A stretch of DNA of 64,000 bases from a virus: the IMG/VR virus record IMGVR_UViG_3300029049_000007, positions 7,712 to 71,711 of that record. The stretch is one strand, 5' to 3'. Positions 29,180 to 39,074 of this stretch are shown here, piece after piece. The position numbers and the translations under genes were made by a program. The notes beneath the pieces are model-generated. The model had not been told where the DNA came from. It saw only the letters and a program-made list of their open reading frames with translations, and searched no databases. Each line of letters begins with the position of its first letter. Positions within the stretch are counted from its first letter, which is position 1.

Positions 29180-29512
29180 TTACCTCTCTGTATTATTAAT
29201 TGTTTTAAACCATATCAAATAGCAATCATTATCAGTGATGAATTCTGCACTGGTATCTGCATTATATTTACTTTCTCCGTACAGTAAAAAATCTTTACTT
29301 CTAATGAGATTATCGTAAATATAGTGGTTGCAAGAACGTCTAATAATCTTGACAATCTCCATCTCTTCAATTTTCTTCTCTTCGTGGAAATAGAGATATG
29401 CTACATCTCCTTCCTTACATAGATTTTCGTCAATATAATAATCTAACTGTTCGCTCGTGTTTTCATTATATGACGACACAGTATAATTTTTTTCTAAATA
29501 TTCTCTTGTCAT
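29180..29512 (-). CDS. hypothetical protein
   Basis: 110-aa ORF in the array. Confidence 0.4.
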   Translation of the reverse strand: MTREYLEKNYTVSSYNENTSEQLDYYIDENLCKEGDVAYLYFHEEKKIEEMEIVKIIRRSCNHYIYDNLIRSKDFLLYGESKYNADTSAEFITDNDCYLIWFKTINNTER

Positions 29513-29553
29513 TACTTTCCCTCCAATTCTATATTTTTATAGAACTTCCTTTT

Positions 29554-30003
29554 TTATTTTCTATCCATCGCTTTAGATAGCAGTTTTCTTCCGTGCTTAA
29601 TCCTGTTCTTATATTCCGGATTATCTTCCAAATGAGGATATGATTCATAATCATCGTACATTCCATGCAGCTTACATTCGTGAATCCACCCTGTTCCTAC
29701 TAACTTAACCGGAGGAAAATGCTTTTTGTCTGGATGAGTAAAAGGATACTGGTAATCGTGTTCCCATCCGGTTGCATCTAACTCTCCCTCTTCATATCCT
29801 AGCTCAATAAGAACATCTTCTATCATTCCCGGATTAAACGGCGCGATATTTGAAAATTCTACTCCAAATTCCTCTCTGTCCTCATCGGTTATACCCGGCT
29901 CAAATTTTGTAAGCTCATTGATTGCAACAAGAACCATGTCCTTTAAATTTTCTTTTTCTTCAGTGTCCATTCTGTACAATGATTTCTGTCTATGCAATAA
30001 CAT
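29554..30003 (-). CDS. hypothetical protein
   Basis: 149-aa ORF in the array. Confidence 0.4.
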   Translation of the reverse strand: MLLHRQKSLYRMDTEEKENLKDMVLVAINELTKFEPGITDEDREEFGVEFSNIAPFNPGMIEDVLIELGYEEGELDATGWEHDYQYPFTHPDKKHFPPVKLVGTGWIHECKLHGMYDDYESYPHLEDNPEYKNRIKHGRKLLSKAMDRK

Positions 30004-30075
30004 ATTATTTTCCTACCTTTCTGATCTTCTCCTTTAAAAAAAGCTGACCAGCAAAAAGCCAGCCAGCTAAAATAA

Positions 30076-30465
30076 TTACGCTTCTAATTCTGCAATCGCT
30101 TTATTCAGTTCCTCATCGGTCATCTTCTCCAGCGCCTCATCTGCTCTTTTCGCCTTAATTCCGAGAAGTCTCTGCTTTAATTCACTGTTTTTCTTTTCGT
30201 TTTCTCTTGCTTCTTTCTCTTCCAGTTTTACTCTGACAATGTGTTTAATAATCTCGATTTTGTCTAAAATCGCTTCGTCTTCCTCGCTTTTCGTGTTCAG
30301 AAGACTTTCTTCCTCGTTCTTTTTTGCTTCTGTATTAAGAGTTTTGAACACAGCATCTAATTCCGTGAGCGACAGATGCCATAAATCTTCTACTGATGCG
30401 TTCCCTTTGTATGGAAATCTATACTGTTTTCTTGTTGCTACTTCAAATAAATTTTTATTTTTCAT
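30076..30465 (-). CDS. coiled-coil hypothetical protein
   Basis: 129 aa, K/E-rich. Confidence 0.4.
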   Translation of the reverse strand: MKNKNLFEVATRKQYRFPYKGNASVEDLWHLSLTELDAVFKTLNTEAKKNEEESLLNTKSEEDEAILDKIEIIKHIVRVKLEEKEARENEKKNSELKQRLLGIKAKRADEALEKMTDEELNKAIAELEA

Positions 30466-30550
30466 GATAAAATCTCCTTGTATAATAAATTTGTAAGTAA
30501 GAAAAATTGTCTATACACTCATCTCTTTTACGATATAAAAGTAAGGATAC

Positions 30551-30781
30551 TTAAAAAGAGTGTCCTTTTTCTATTCTTTCTATCATCAACTCATGGCTCC
30601 GCCGTCTCATATATTCATCAATATATGGATCACAGTGTCGATTTGACGAACGATTGATTAAACTGGATTCAGGACGGTCTGCATATAAGTCAACGACTGC
30701 AAGCACTGATTCTTTCTCATCATCATTTTCAAAAACGTTATTTCCTCTAGCATATTCAGCAAACTTTTCATACAAATCCAT
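30551..30781 (-). CDS. hypothetical protein
   Basis: 76-aa ORF in the array. Confidence 0.35.
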   Translation of the reverse strand: MDLYEKFAEYARGNNVFENDDEKESVLAVVDLYADRPESSLINRSSNRHCDPYIDEYMRRRSHELMIERIEKGHSF

Positions 30782-30881
30782 TTCATTAACACCTCCTCTT
30801 TAATAATCATATTCATCATCTTTCTAAAAATTTTTTCATTTCTTTTTTACTATTATGCCGAAATATAACGATCTCTCCTTT

Positions 30882-31283
30882 CTAACCGATTCTTTCTAAT
30901 ATACCGTCTACATTTTTTACAGATATTGACCCGTATTCCGAAAATTCGGGGATGTCGAGATTAAACACATAAGCCATTGGGTATCCTGCCTCCATGTCTC
31001 TCTTGTCTAATTCCCATTCTTCTTCATCGCTGGACACAAACAAAATAGACAGTAAAGCTCCAACAGCTGCTCCATTATATATGGCGTGATATGCCATACT
31101 TCCAGTTTTTTCTTCCCATTTATCTATGAGTTTTTTATATTCTGGAGTAATTTCACAGATAGGAAAAGCTGGGGAAACAGATAACCCAACCTCTCCATCT
31201 TCTTCGAATATTTTAATCGCAGTTGGGGAAATCCCCAACATTTCCATTCGTTCAACCGCTTCCTGTTTCATTTTTTCTTTCAT
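30882..31283 (-). CDS. hypothetical protein
   Basis: 133-aa ORF in the array. Confidence 0.4.
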   Translation of the reverse strand: MKEKMKQEAVERMEMLGISPTAIKIFEEDGEVGLSVSPAFPICEITPEYKKLIDKWEEKTGSMAYHAIYNGAAVGALLSILFVSSDEEEWELDKRDMEAGYPMAYVFNLDIPEFSEYGSISVKNVDGILERIG

Positions 31284-31296
31284 AAAATTTCACCTC

Positions 31297-33357
31297 CTAG
31301 AATTTAATTTTCATAATTCGTTCTGTAGCTCCTTTCACCTTAACAATAAGTTCATCTCTCTTTGTCAGGCTGAATCCAATTCCTGAAAGCTGGTCTTCCG
31401 TGTCTTCTGTATGGCACTTTGAACCAAGAGCTTCAAACACTCTCTTATGCTCTAAAAGCTCATTTTTAAGGAATTCATTATAGAAACCATTTGGTTCTTC
31501 ATCATTAACGCAACCATCTAAGAAAAAGAACAAATGTTTGTTTCCAATTCCCTTCTGCTCGTCAAAATAATTCGGTGAATAACTAATGACGGATACCGGA
31601 ACAAACTGATTTGTATTTATACCCCAAATCTCTTTACTGGAAATTGAAGAACTGCCGCTTAATTTCTCATTAATCGTAAAGTTGCCATACTTATCTAACG
31701 TAACTTCTGCTACTGTAACATTTTCTCCTGCTCTCATACTTCTTCCGTAATCAAATGAATGGATTTCGCCGTTAAATTCGATTTCTGCTCTAAATCCTTT
31801 CTTGACACTTCCACTGTACTGATGTACGAAGAATCTGTATTTGCCCGGTTTCATCTGATCCAAATTATCCCAAGTAATATTTTCTACTGCAATATTCCCC
31901 ATTGGATGGACAATATCTACATCAAGCTGTCCTCCTAAACTAGATTTTCTCGGTTTTCGGCAATTACTAAAGTAAATTTCATTTCCACCTGGCTCAACGC
32001 AATGAGCATCTAAATCGCAATTATCATTTCCATCTTCGTTCCACTGAATTGAAAATCTTAAAACACCGTCAATGGCTCCACCTGCCGCTTTTACATTCTG
32101 CTTCAAATCGGAATCCGCAATATTGCCGCTATAAGCCCAACTCAATCCATTATTCCACTTAAACATTGTTGGAGCTTTCGGATCAACCGGTGCAATCATA
32201 GAAACAAGGTTTTTGCTGTGTTTATTTTCAACAAAAGCTTCAACTTCTCTTGCCGTAGGAAGAACATTCTCAATAAAATCCTGCACAGCGATTTCTTCAA
32301 CTCTCGAAAATCTCTTAGGATTAATTGCAACTTCTTTTTCTAACTCGCCAAAAATATCTCCGGCATTTGAAATTCTTTTAGCTGCGTCTTTATTTGAAAA
32401 AAGAATGTTATTAATTGTAATATCGTCAAGATTTGCAAATCTTCGCTGCAAGGAATTCATATATCCAAGCTCTGTGAGCGTATTTTTTGCGTCTTCTAAC
32501 ATTTTCTTTGTGAAGATTGCCTTCGGACGCTTATAATTCGCCGGAGCTACAATCTGCTCATATCTCTTAACTGCTGTGTCTAAATCGACTCCTTCACTCA
32601 CATCCACTAAAAGAACTCCAATACTGTGATTTCTAATTCTGCCGATTGAAATTCCTGCCGCTAAAGAGTTTTCCCACGCAAATAGTTCCTTCTTTTCTTC
32701 TGATTCGATTTTATCGTACTTCTCTTTGTACTTTTTAAACTCGGTCAGTGCTGATTTCCATTCGGCTCCTCTATAAAGAGTATTTGAAGCAATCAGCTCA
32801 AGAATTGTATCTACAGCTTCCATAGAGATTTCATCTAAAGAGCGCTTAAATACATTTTTCGTATCTCTAAATCCACCCTTAATATCTCCGGCAGTTCTTC
32901 CGCTTCTGTCAACCAGTTTTCTTGGTAACTCGCAATAAAGATGATGCCATGTAATAACCTTATCTCCGGCGTTTTCTCTGTTTAAATCAACTCCGATTTT
33001 TGGTAGTTTACTGACGTAAATATCTTTTACTTTGTGAGATTTTACAAATGCATCTAACGCATCACATACCGGCTGATAGGTTTTATCGCCGCCTAAGTCT
33101 AACTCCCAAATTGTATGTACTTCTCCGTCTTTAATCGTTACTGCAGCACCAATGTTCTTGATGAACTGACGACAGACTCCACAATCATGCTCTCTTCTCT
33201 GTCTGTAAATTCCGTTTGTTCCCGCTGGAAAACTGCTTAAATACATCTCCCACAGCTCATCCTTATCTACATCTACCTCAAATAATTTTTCGGCATCAGA
33301 TACCATCTCATTAAAGTGTTTCTGTAACTCCTGTTTAAACTTAGTAAAATTGTTCAT
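31297..33357 (-). CDS. large (686 aa) conserved-looking protein of unknown function
   Basis: Long clean ORF. Local motifs HDCGVCRQF, WHHLYCELP and DLDAHCVEPGGNEIYF. No Walker motif or known catalytic signature that I can assign. Confidence 0.45.
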   Translation of the reverse strand: MNNFTKFKQELQKHFNEMVSDAEKLFEVDVDKDELWEMYLSSFPAGTNGIYRQRREHDCGVCRQFIKNIGAAVTIKDGEVHTIWELDLGGDKTYQPVCDALDAFVKSHKVKDIYVSKLPKIGVDLNRENAGDKVITWHHLYCELPRKLVDRSGRTAGDIKGGFRDTKNVFKRSLDEISMEAVDTILELIASNTLYRGAEWKSALTEFKKYKEKYDKIESEEKKELFAWENSLAAGISIGRIRNHSIGVLLVDVSEGVDLDTAVKRYEQIVAPANYKRPKAIFTKKMLEDAKNTLTELGYMNSLQRRFANLDDITINNILFSNKDAAKRISNAGDIFGELEKEVAINPKRFSRVEEIAVQDFIENVLPTAREVEAFVENKHSKNLVSMIAPVDPKAPTMFKWNNGLSWAYSGNIADSDLKQNVKAAGGAIDGVLRFSIQWNEDGNDNCDLDAHCVEPGGNEIYFSNCRKPRKSSLGGQLDVDIVHPMGNIAVENITWDNLDQMKPGKYRFFVHQYSGSVKKGFRAEIEFNGEIHSFDYGRSMRAGENVTVAEVTLDKYGNFTINEKLSGSSSISSKEIWGINTNQFVPVSVISYSPNYFDEQKGIGNKHLFFFLDGCVNDEEPNGFYNEFLKNELLEHKRVFEALGSKCHTEDTEDQLSGIGFSLTKRDELIVKVKGATERIMKIKF

Positions 33358-33373
33358 ATGATTTTCCTCCTAA

Positions 33374-33673
33374 TTATTCCTCGCAAATTTCTTCTGCTGA
33401 TTCTTCTGCATTCTCTTCGTCAATATTTTTCAGAATATCAAAGAGTGCCGCCAGCTCCTCTGCCGTAAAAGTAATTCCTTTTCCGCATCTTTCTGTTCCG
33501 TCTTCGTTCTCCTGCCAAGGTCTGATGTCATATTTAGGCTCCCCGTCGTTCCAAGATACGACTCTAAGCTCTTTATTCATCTTTCCTTCATTGTTAGAAA
33601 GTTTTCCATATTTTTCGATAACCTTGCAGTTAATGTCTGATGTTCTTTTACTTCCATAATTTTTAAATGCCAT
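33374..33673 (-). CDS. hypothetical acidic protein
   Basis: 99 aa with an acidic C-terminus (EENAEESAEEICEE). Confidence 0.4.
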   Translation of the reverse strand: MAFKNYGSKRTSDINCKVIEKYGKLSNNEGKMNKELRVVSWNDGEPKYDIRPWQENEDGTERCGKGITFTAEELAALFDILKNIDEENAEESAEEICEE

Positions 33674-33725
33674 TTTTCTTCCTCCTGATATATACTTCTA
33701 TATTTACCTGTATTTTTTTGCGGTT

Positions 33726-33992
33726 TTACATATACTGAATAGAGCGAGATACATCCACAACTTCTGGATTCAGATCCATATCCTCTGAAATTAATTCTCT
33801 AACATATGCGGAAACCGATTTGCCTGTTTTCTGCGCCATAATATTCAAGAACTGTTTCTCTTTCCCAGAAATAGCGACCGATGCGCCGTGCACGACTTTC
33901 TTCTTTTTGCCTGATTCAAGATAACTTCCAACTACCATTTCTGTTAACTTTTTCCCTGTTGCTGGTTTTACTAAAAAGTGTTTTCTCGCCAT
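33726..33992 (-). CDS. ribbon-helix-helix (CopG/Arc-like) DNA-binding protein
   Basis: 88 aa. ...KEKQFLNIMAQKTGKSVSAYVRELISEDM looks like RHH strand plus helices. Confidence 0.4.
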   Translation of the reverse strand: MARKHFLVKPATGKKLTEMVVGSYLESGKKKKVVHGASVAISGKEKQFLNIMAQKTGKSVSAYVRELISEDMDLNPEVVDVSRSIQYM

Positions 33993-34043
33993 TTTAAAAT
34001 CTCCTTACTGTTTATGCTTATATTTATATGATTATTTTTTCTG

Positions 34044-34301
34044 CTAAATTGCCTCTATTACTTCCGCAAATCCAGCCTCATTAGGATGTCTGCCCATATC
34101 TTTCGCAATCAATTTCTGGATGTATTCTCTCTGACTTCTCCCTTCTAATTTCCGTTCAATATCCATATAGTCTTTATGCTCTCTACCTAAATTAATGGTT
34201 GTCTGCCCTCCCATCTTAGCCTTATTAATCTCGGCGCAAATACCGTTAATTGCCGCATTTCTTTTGATTGCTCTGGTAGTTTTCTTTGAATCTTTAATCA
34301 T
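34044..34301 (-). CDS. ribbon-helix-helix DNA-binding protein (paralog of 33726-33992)
   Basis: 85 aa. ...REHKDYMDIERKLEGRSQREYIQKLIAKDM is the same RHH pattern. Confidence 0.4.
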   Translation of the reverse strand: MIKDSKKTTRAIKRNAAINGICAEINKAKMGGQTTINLGREHKDYMDIERKLEGRSQREYIQKLIAKDMGRHPNEAGFAEVIEAI

Positions 34302-34350
34302 CTTTTATATCTCTCTTTCTTTTAAATTTGCCTATTAAAAAAGGACGTTG

Positions 34351-34731
34351 TTAACACGCCCTGTTTAATGCTGCCATCATTGAATGAACATCTACTGCCG
34401 CCATTGTTTTGTCGCTTGTCTTCTCAACCCAGCAACAATACTTTCTGGCGTTATCTCGGAATCCTACAAAAATGTATTCATCTCCGCCAAACTTTACTTT
34501 TCTCTCGTAATCTTCTGGTGAAAATCCATATGTTCGGCATTTTCGTTCAAAATCAATCTTGCGAACATCTCCAATATCTGTTTTCTTGGCAGATACTTTC
34601 ATTTTAAATTCATATTCTCCATATGTAATAGAACCGAATTCAAAATCTAAATGATATTTCTCTTCCAGTCCGGCGAGCACTGCCTTCATATCTTTTCTTA
34701 ATTTTGTAAATTCTCCCTTATTAAAATTCAT
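34351..34731 (-). CDS. hypothetical protein
   Basis: 126 aa. Followed by an intrinsic terminator on the minus strand (about 34325-34350). Confidence 0.4.
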   Translation of the reverse strand: MNFNKGEFTKLRKDMKAVLAGLEEKYHLDFEFGSITYGEYEFKMKVSAKKTDIGDVRKIDFERKCRTYGFSPEDYERKVKFGGDEYIFVGFRDNARKYCCWVEKTSDKTMAAVDVHSMMAALNRAC

Positions 34732-34741
34732 GTCTCCTCCT

Positions 34742-35863
34742 TTATACGGCGTAATGAATTCCTTTCGGCATTTTTCTGGTAATAACAGCGTATTTGATTC
34801 CGGCTTTTTCTAATGAAGCTTTCTTTTCTCTTTCGTCTTCGTACTCATCATCATAGCAATAACTAATCAAGAGGTTTTCCGGAGTGATAATATGAGCCGA
34901 TTTCTTTTCGTCATAAAATGCATCGCAAGGATTAAATTTAATATCAACAACATTTCCGCCGCGCTTATCATACATGTAAACTGATTCGATATCGGAGCTG
35001 AACATATCAAGAGAAGCATTTCTAGATTTAAATACAGTTCCATTATTATAGATAAGAGAAACATTATACTGTTGGCGTTCCGTGTTTACAATATTCAGGT
35101 CTTTGATTGCTTCAGAAAATTTGATTCCTGTATTTAATTCCGTAGCGACTGCTCGGAGACAATCGTAGTTTAAGCTTACTCTGTTTGCAAATGAAATGAC
35201 ATTGTTGATTTCCGGATAAAAATCTTCCTTTAATTTATCTTTAAGATATACTTCAACTTCAGCCGCAGATGGATATTCGAATCTAAAATGATAATGGAAT
35301 CTACCCGGACGATTGATAAGGTAATCATTGAGCTTTCTTAATTCGTTGCATGTGATGACGAACAATTTCTTTCCGTCGGATAACCCATCGAATAACGTCA
35401 GTAAATCAGTTTGCGGAGATGCTTCGCCATCTTTTGATTTCACTTCTCCGAATGTCTTGTCAAATTCATCGAATAACACCATTACTTCCTGCTCAATTTC
35501 TTCGATGTAAGATGCAATTCCTGGAACGTATTTATCTACTACAATAACAGGTATTCCTTTCTGGATTGCTGTATTCGCCAGCATTTTTGCAAATAATGAT
35601 TTACCAATTCCCTTGGCTCCGCTCAAAATCACTCCAAGATTACGGTCGCTTGATGAGAACATATTCATAACTTTTGCAATTTTTTCGTTATGAACTCCAT
35701 ATATTTTTGATTCTCTTATTTCCATATCATTGTATTTTTCTAAAAAGAATCCTCTCGTTTTTGAACACCTAACCACATAAGATTGTACAGGTAACTCACT
35801 GTACACTTTCATTGCGTCGTCAAAAATATCGTATGTATTATCGCCTAAATTAATCGCTTTCAT
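34742..35863 (-). CDS. classic-clade AAA ATPase with 150-aa C-terminal extension
   Basis: Walker A GAKGIGKS, Walker B VLFDEFD, sensor-1 TCN and SRH arginine NRPGRF (FtsH/p97-like LLRPGRFD). Confidence 0.7.
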   Translation of the reverse strand: MKAINLGDNTYDIFDDAMKVYSELPVQSYVVRCSKTRGFFLEKYNDMEIRESKIYGVHNEKIAKVMNMFSSSDRNLGVILSGAKGIGKSLFAKMLANTAIQKGIPVIVVDKYVPGIASYIEEIEQEVMVLFDEFDKTFGEVKSKDGEASPQTDLLTLFDGLSDGKKLFVITCNELRKLNDYLINRPGRFHYHFRFEYPSAAEVEVYLKDKLKEDFYPEINNVISFANRVSLNYDCLRAVATELNTGIKFSEAIKDLNIVNTERQQYNVSLIYNNGTVFKSRNASLDMFSSDIESVYMYDKRGGNVVDIKFNPCDAFYDEKKSAHIITPENLLISYCYDDEYEDEREKKASLEKAGIKYAVITRKMPKGIHYAV

Positions 35864-35874
35864 TTAAATCTCCT

Positions 35875-36075
35875 TTAATAATCTGTTAAAATTTCTGGCC
35901 GCTTAAGAATTTTCTTCAAGCTAATCGGCTGTACTTCTTTCTCTTCTACCCTCAGATATAAGCTTTGGAATTTCCTTATTGCGCCATCTTTTGTTACCGC
36001 AAAAACAATAGCTACATCATCTGTAAATCTGTGACCTATCATCTGTCCTGCCTTCGCAAAAGACCATAAAAACAT
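35875..36075 (-). CDS. small protein immediately downstream of hicA, possible short HicB-like antitoxin
   Basis: 66 aa with a 10-nt gap after the HicA gene. No confident fold assignment. Confidence 0.25.
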   Translation of the reverse strand: MFLWSFAKAGQMIGHRFTDDVAIVFAVTKDGAIRKFQSLYLRVEEKEVQPISLKKILKRPEILTDY

Positions 36076-36085
36076 ATCTTCTCCT

Positions 36086-36301
36086 TTAAAATTTTAAATT
36101 ATTTTCTTTGATGAGCCGTCGAGCAACCATTTTATTGATTTTCGGCTTAATTGAAATGGAATTACTTCCGTTTGTATAAATGTAATGGCTTCCGTTAACG
36201 CGGTCTAATTTATATCCATTCCGACGCAGAAGCCTTTCAAATTCTCTCTTGTTCCAAGTTTTTACTCTAGTCATATCGCACCTCCCTTCTTTCGCCACCA
36301 T
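36086..36301 (-). CDS. hicA: HicA-family mRNA interferase toxin
   Basis: 71 aa. WNKREFERLLRRNGYKLDRVNGSHYIY...ARRLIKENNL matches the HicA dsRBD-like fold with conserved GSH. Confidence 0.65.
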   Translation of the reverse strand: MVAKEGRCDMTRVKTWNKREFERLLRRNGYKLDRVNGSHYIYTNGSNSISIKPKINKMVARRLIKENNLKF

Positions 36302-36322
36302 ATATTAACATCTGTCTTTGTC

Positions 36323-37174
36323 TCATATTGTAGAAAGAACTTTTGTCTTTGAGTTATAGTGTAAAATATTTTCGGGAGAAAAACTTCCTATTTTACAATA
36401 GATTAAACTAAAAGCAGAAAATATAAAACCAAGAGAACTCTTTTCTCTTCTTTCAAAATATTTAAGGTGATTTAACGCCTCTTTTTGCTCTATAGCCACA
36501 GCTTTTCCGTTATTGCTAGATAAAATAAAAAATGAACTATTTCCCAACATTTCGCTTACCCTATTAAACACTCTTCTGTTTATTAGATCTAATCCTATAT
36601 TTCTGGAAGCCGGTTCCTCTAAGAAAACATATTTATCAGAATGAATGTATTTTATTCGGGCATCGCCGAAATCCCATTTAGCCTTCGATTCGAAAGTTTC
36701 TAAAAATTCGTCTTTTGACATTTTTATTTTTCGCAATAACTTCATAGTGACAAGGCGCTTATCTCCCGTTATTCTTGTTGTGAAATAAAATTTTACAATG
36801 TAACTACCAGATAAAATCTTCTTCTCAATTACTCCCGGTTCAGAAGTGTCTTCTTTATATATCTTTTTATATATTTTTAAATCTGAGTAATCGCGCACAT
36901 ACCGATATTCTCTAGCTATAATTTCATCAATAAATTGTGAGACTAGCGTTTTTATATCTTCTAGATTCTCTAAAAGGAAGATTTTGCTCTCAATGAATTC
37001 AAGTATATCCTCTCTTGTGAACATAGAAGAACAAGAAAAATCTCCTAAAATCCAATATTTCTCTTCAAAGAAAAGATCTGTTGATATCATTAATCCCCCT
37101 AAATGAGATGTTTGAGCTTTCAATTCTCTTATAAATAAATCAAACGTTGTACCATCTTTAATATTTGCTTTCAA
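36323..37174 (-). CDS. unknown protein, tandem paralog B
   Basis: 283 aa. Shares an N-terminal signature (LKAQTSHLGGL) and internal KDEFL/KEKFL blocks with 37171-38031. Confidence 0.4.
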   Translation of the reverse strand: MKANIKDGTTFDLFIRELKAQTSHLGGLMISTDLFFEEKYWILGDFSCSSMFTREDILEFIESKIFLLENLEDIKTLVSQFIDEIIAREYRYVRDYSDLKIYKKIYKEDTSEPGVIEKKILSGSYIVKFYFTTRITGDKRLVTMKLLRKIKMSKDEFLETFESKAKWDFGDARIKYIHSDKYVFLEEPASRNIGLDLINRRVFNRVSEMLGNSSFFILSSNNGKAVAIEQKEALNHLKYFERREKSSLGFIFSAFSLIYCKIGSFSPENILHYNSKTKVLSTI

Positions 37175-38031
37175 TACAATCCTCCTAATCTTTCCATTAA
37201 TGCATTAAAATCCGGCGCTAAAACGCCTCTGGATGTCAGGTTTGAAGGAATTATTTCGATATCTTTTATGTTAAAGCATTTTCTTTCACTCGGATCATAA
37301 TAAAAAACATGATTAATTGAATGATTTAAATTAAAAGCAATCACGGCTGCCCTCCTTATTTTTGAAGCATCTGACCCTAAATCTTCTCTTTTTACTATGC
37401 TACTTATTGCACTCCACTTAAAAGCGGTTCCACTTCTAAAACCATTGAATAAACAAATAAATGGCTCCCGATCTAACCTATTCGCAATTCTGTCAAAAAA
37501 TCTAGGCTCTAATATGTCATCTAAAATATCCTTGCCACATTCCTTTAACACCAATGCTCCGTCGCTTTTACACATAATTATTTTGCCTTGCTTTGTTTTT
37601 GATTTTTTTGCTTTGTTCAAAAACTTCTCTTTTGTCACTCCTATAAAATCGAGAACCACCTTATCTACGAGCTCGTCAATAAATTCCCCCATGAGATAAT
37701 ATTTTATTTTATACGCACCTCCAAATATATTTTGCCCTATTTCGTATCTCTCATCTAGCGGCCCCCTAAAAACTCTGGGTTTAATTCTCTGCTCATCTAA
37801 TCCGCTCAAATAAACATACTTATTGCGAATCTTTTCTTGAATAAAATCTTCGGCTAGCTTCTTTGGAGATAAATCGTCTCGGTTTATAAAATTCATAATA
37901 TCTATAGAATTAAAATTAACGCTATTAAACGGATCTCCAAAGCTATAACTACAATCAATCATTTCTCTTAGCCCGCCGAACTTCTCCGTCTGCTTTCTAA
38001 TCTCACCTAAAACTTCGATTACGTCACTCAT
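37171..38031 (-). CDS. unknown protein, tandem paralog A
   Basis: 286 aa with IRKQTEKFGGLREMID. Its ATGA overlaps paralog B. Confidence 0.4.
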   Translation of the reverse strand: MSDVIEVLGEIRKQTEKFGGLREMIDCSYSFGDPFNSVNFNSIDIMNFINRDDLSPKKLAEDFIQEKIRNKYVYLSGLDEQRIKPRVFRGPLDERYEIGQNIFGGAYKIKYYLMGEFIDELVDKVVLDFIGVTKEKFLNKAKKSKTKQGKIIMCKSDGALVLKECGKDILDDILEPRFFDRIANRLDREPFICLFNGFRSGTAFKWSAISSIVKREDLGSDASKIRRAAVIAFNLNHSINHVFYYDPSERKCFNIKDIEIIPSNLTSRGVLAPDFNALMERLGGLY

Positions 38032-38039
38032 AATTCCTC

Positions 38040-39059
38040 CTAATTCCGGTAAACATAATAGTCAGTAACATCATTAAAACAAATATCTCCGTGAGTCATA
38101 AAAAAGGTCGTCCACGCATCTGCTTCGCTACATCCTTCTACGATGTCTTCTTCCCATTTTCCATTTTTGTCAACGTACATAACCTCGAGCTCTACAATAT
38201 AGTCGTCTGGAGCAAACCATTCTCCGCAATAAGAAGAGTCATATCCATAGTAATAATTCGAGAGGCTACATGCATCAGGAATATATTCAAATTGAACCTT
38301 CTTGCCGGCTTCATCTTCCAATAATTCGGAAACAATATTGATCGTATGAAACATTTCTTCCATGTTTACCTCTTCACTTGTCGTGTGAGCGTTGTAATAT
38401 CCGCAGCTAAGATTTACTGCGGCAATTCCGGCAAATGGAGCTAAATTTGAAATATCACTGAAACTTCCGTATGTTTTCTTGTATCCTGTAAACTCTGTAA
38501 TATATTTTGTAAAATCTTTATTATCGCAATCATAAAAAACCGCATCATCTGAATTTGCCCGGTCTAATTCAATCATATAATTGAGTTTTTCGAGCTGTTT
38601 TGCTTCTTCTGTTTTTATGAATTTGTCGCTTCCAACTCCTCCAATTTCTTCATCTTCGCAGAAAAGAATTGAAGGACGAAATCCCATTTTTATAATCTCG
38701 AGAATCATGTATATTCCGCAACGGTCGTCACCTCCGATTCCATCTTGAGATGTTAGAATATGGTTTCCTTTTGCGTCCGTATATTCCATATATTCATACA
38801 TCTGTACTTTATGTACTGTGTCCATATGAGCGGTTAGGAGAATTGGTATCTCCCCTTTTGCATACACCCAGCCATCTCCGTTTAAAGGCTTATATTTGGC
38901 GAGCTGTAAAGCTTCTAAGAGAAATCCTTTGAGTTCATCTTGGGTCATTCGACAAATATCTATAAAATCAGCATATTTTACGTCGCTTACTTCGTTGAAT
39001 TTTATGTGATTCATAATTGGCGCTTTTTGCTTGATTTTCTTAAATTTCTTTTTAGTCAT
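38040..39059 (-). CDS. M42/M20/M28-type zinc metallopeptidase (aminopeptidase-like)
   Basis: LTAHMDTVH (H-x-D), GIGGDDRCG (metal-bridging Asp), CEDEEIGGVG (Glu-Glu) and YYNAHTTSEE (distal His). Confidence 0.55.
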   Translation of the reverse strand: MTKKKFKKIKQKAPIMNHIKFNEVSDVKYADFIDICRMTQDELKGFLLEALQLAKYKPLNGDGWVYAKGEIPILLTAHMDTVHKVQMYEYMEYTDAKGNHILTSQDGIGGDDRCGIYMILEIIKMGFRPSILFCEDEEIGGVGSDKFIKTEEAKQLEKLNYMIELDRANSDDAVFYDCDNKDFTKYITEFTGYKKTYGSFSDISNLAPFAGIAAVNLSCGYYNAHTTSEEVNMEEMFHTINIVSELLEDEAGKKVQFEYIPDACSLSNYYYGYDSSYCGEWFAPDDYIVELEVMYVDKNGKWEEDIVEGCSEADAWTTFFMTHGDICFNDVTDYYVYRN

Positions 39060-39074
39060 GTCTTTTCTCCTTTG

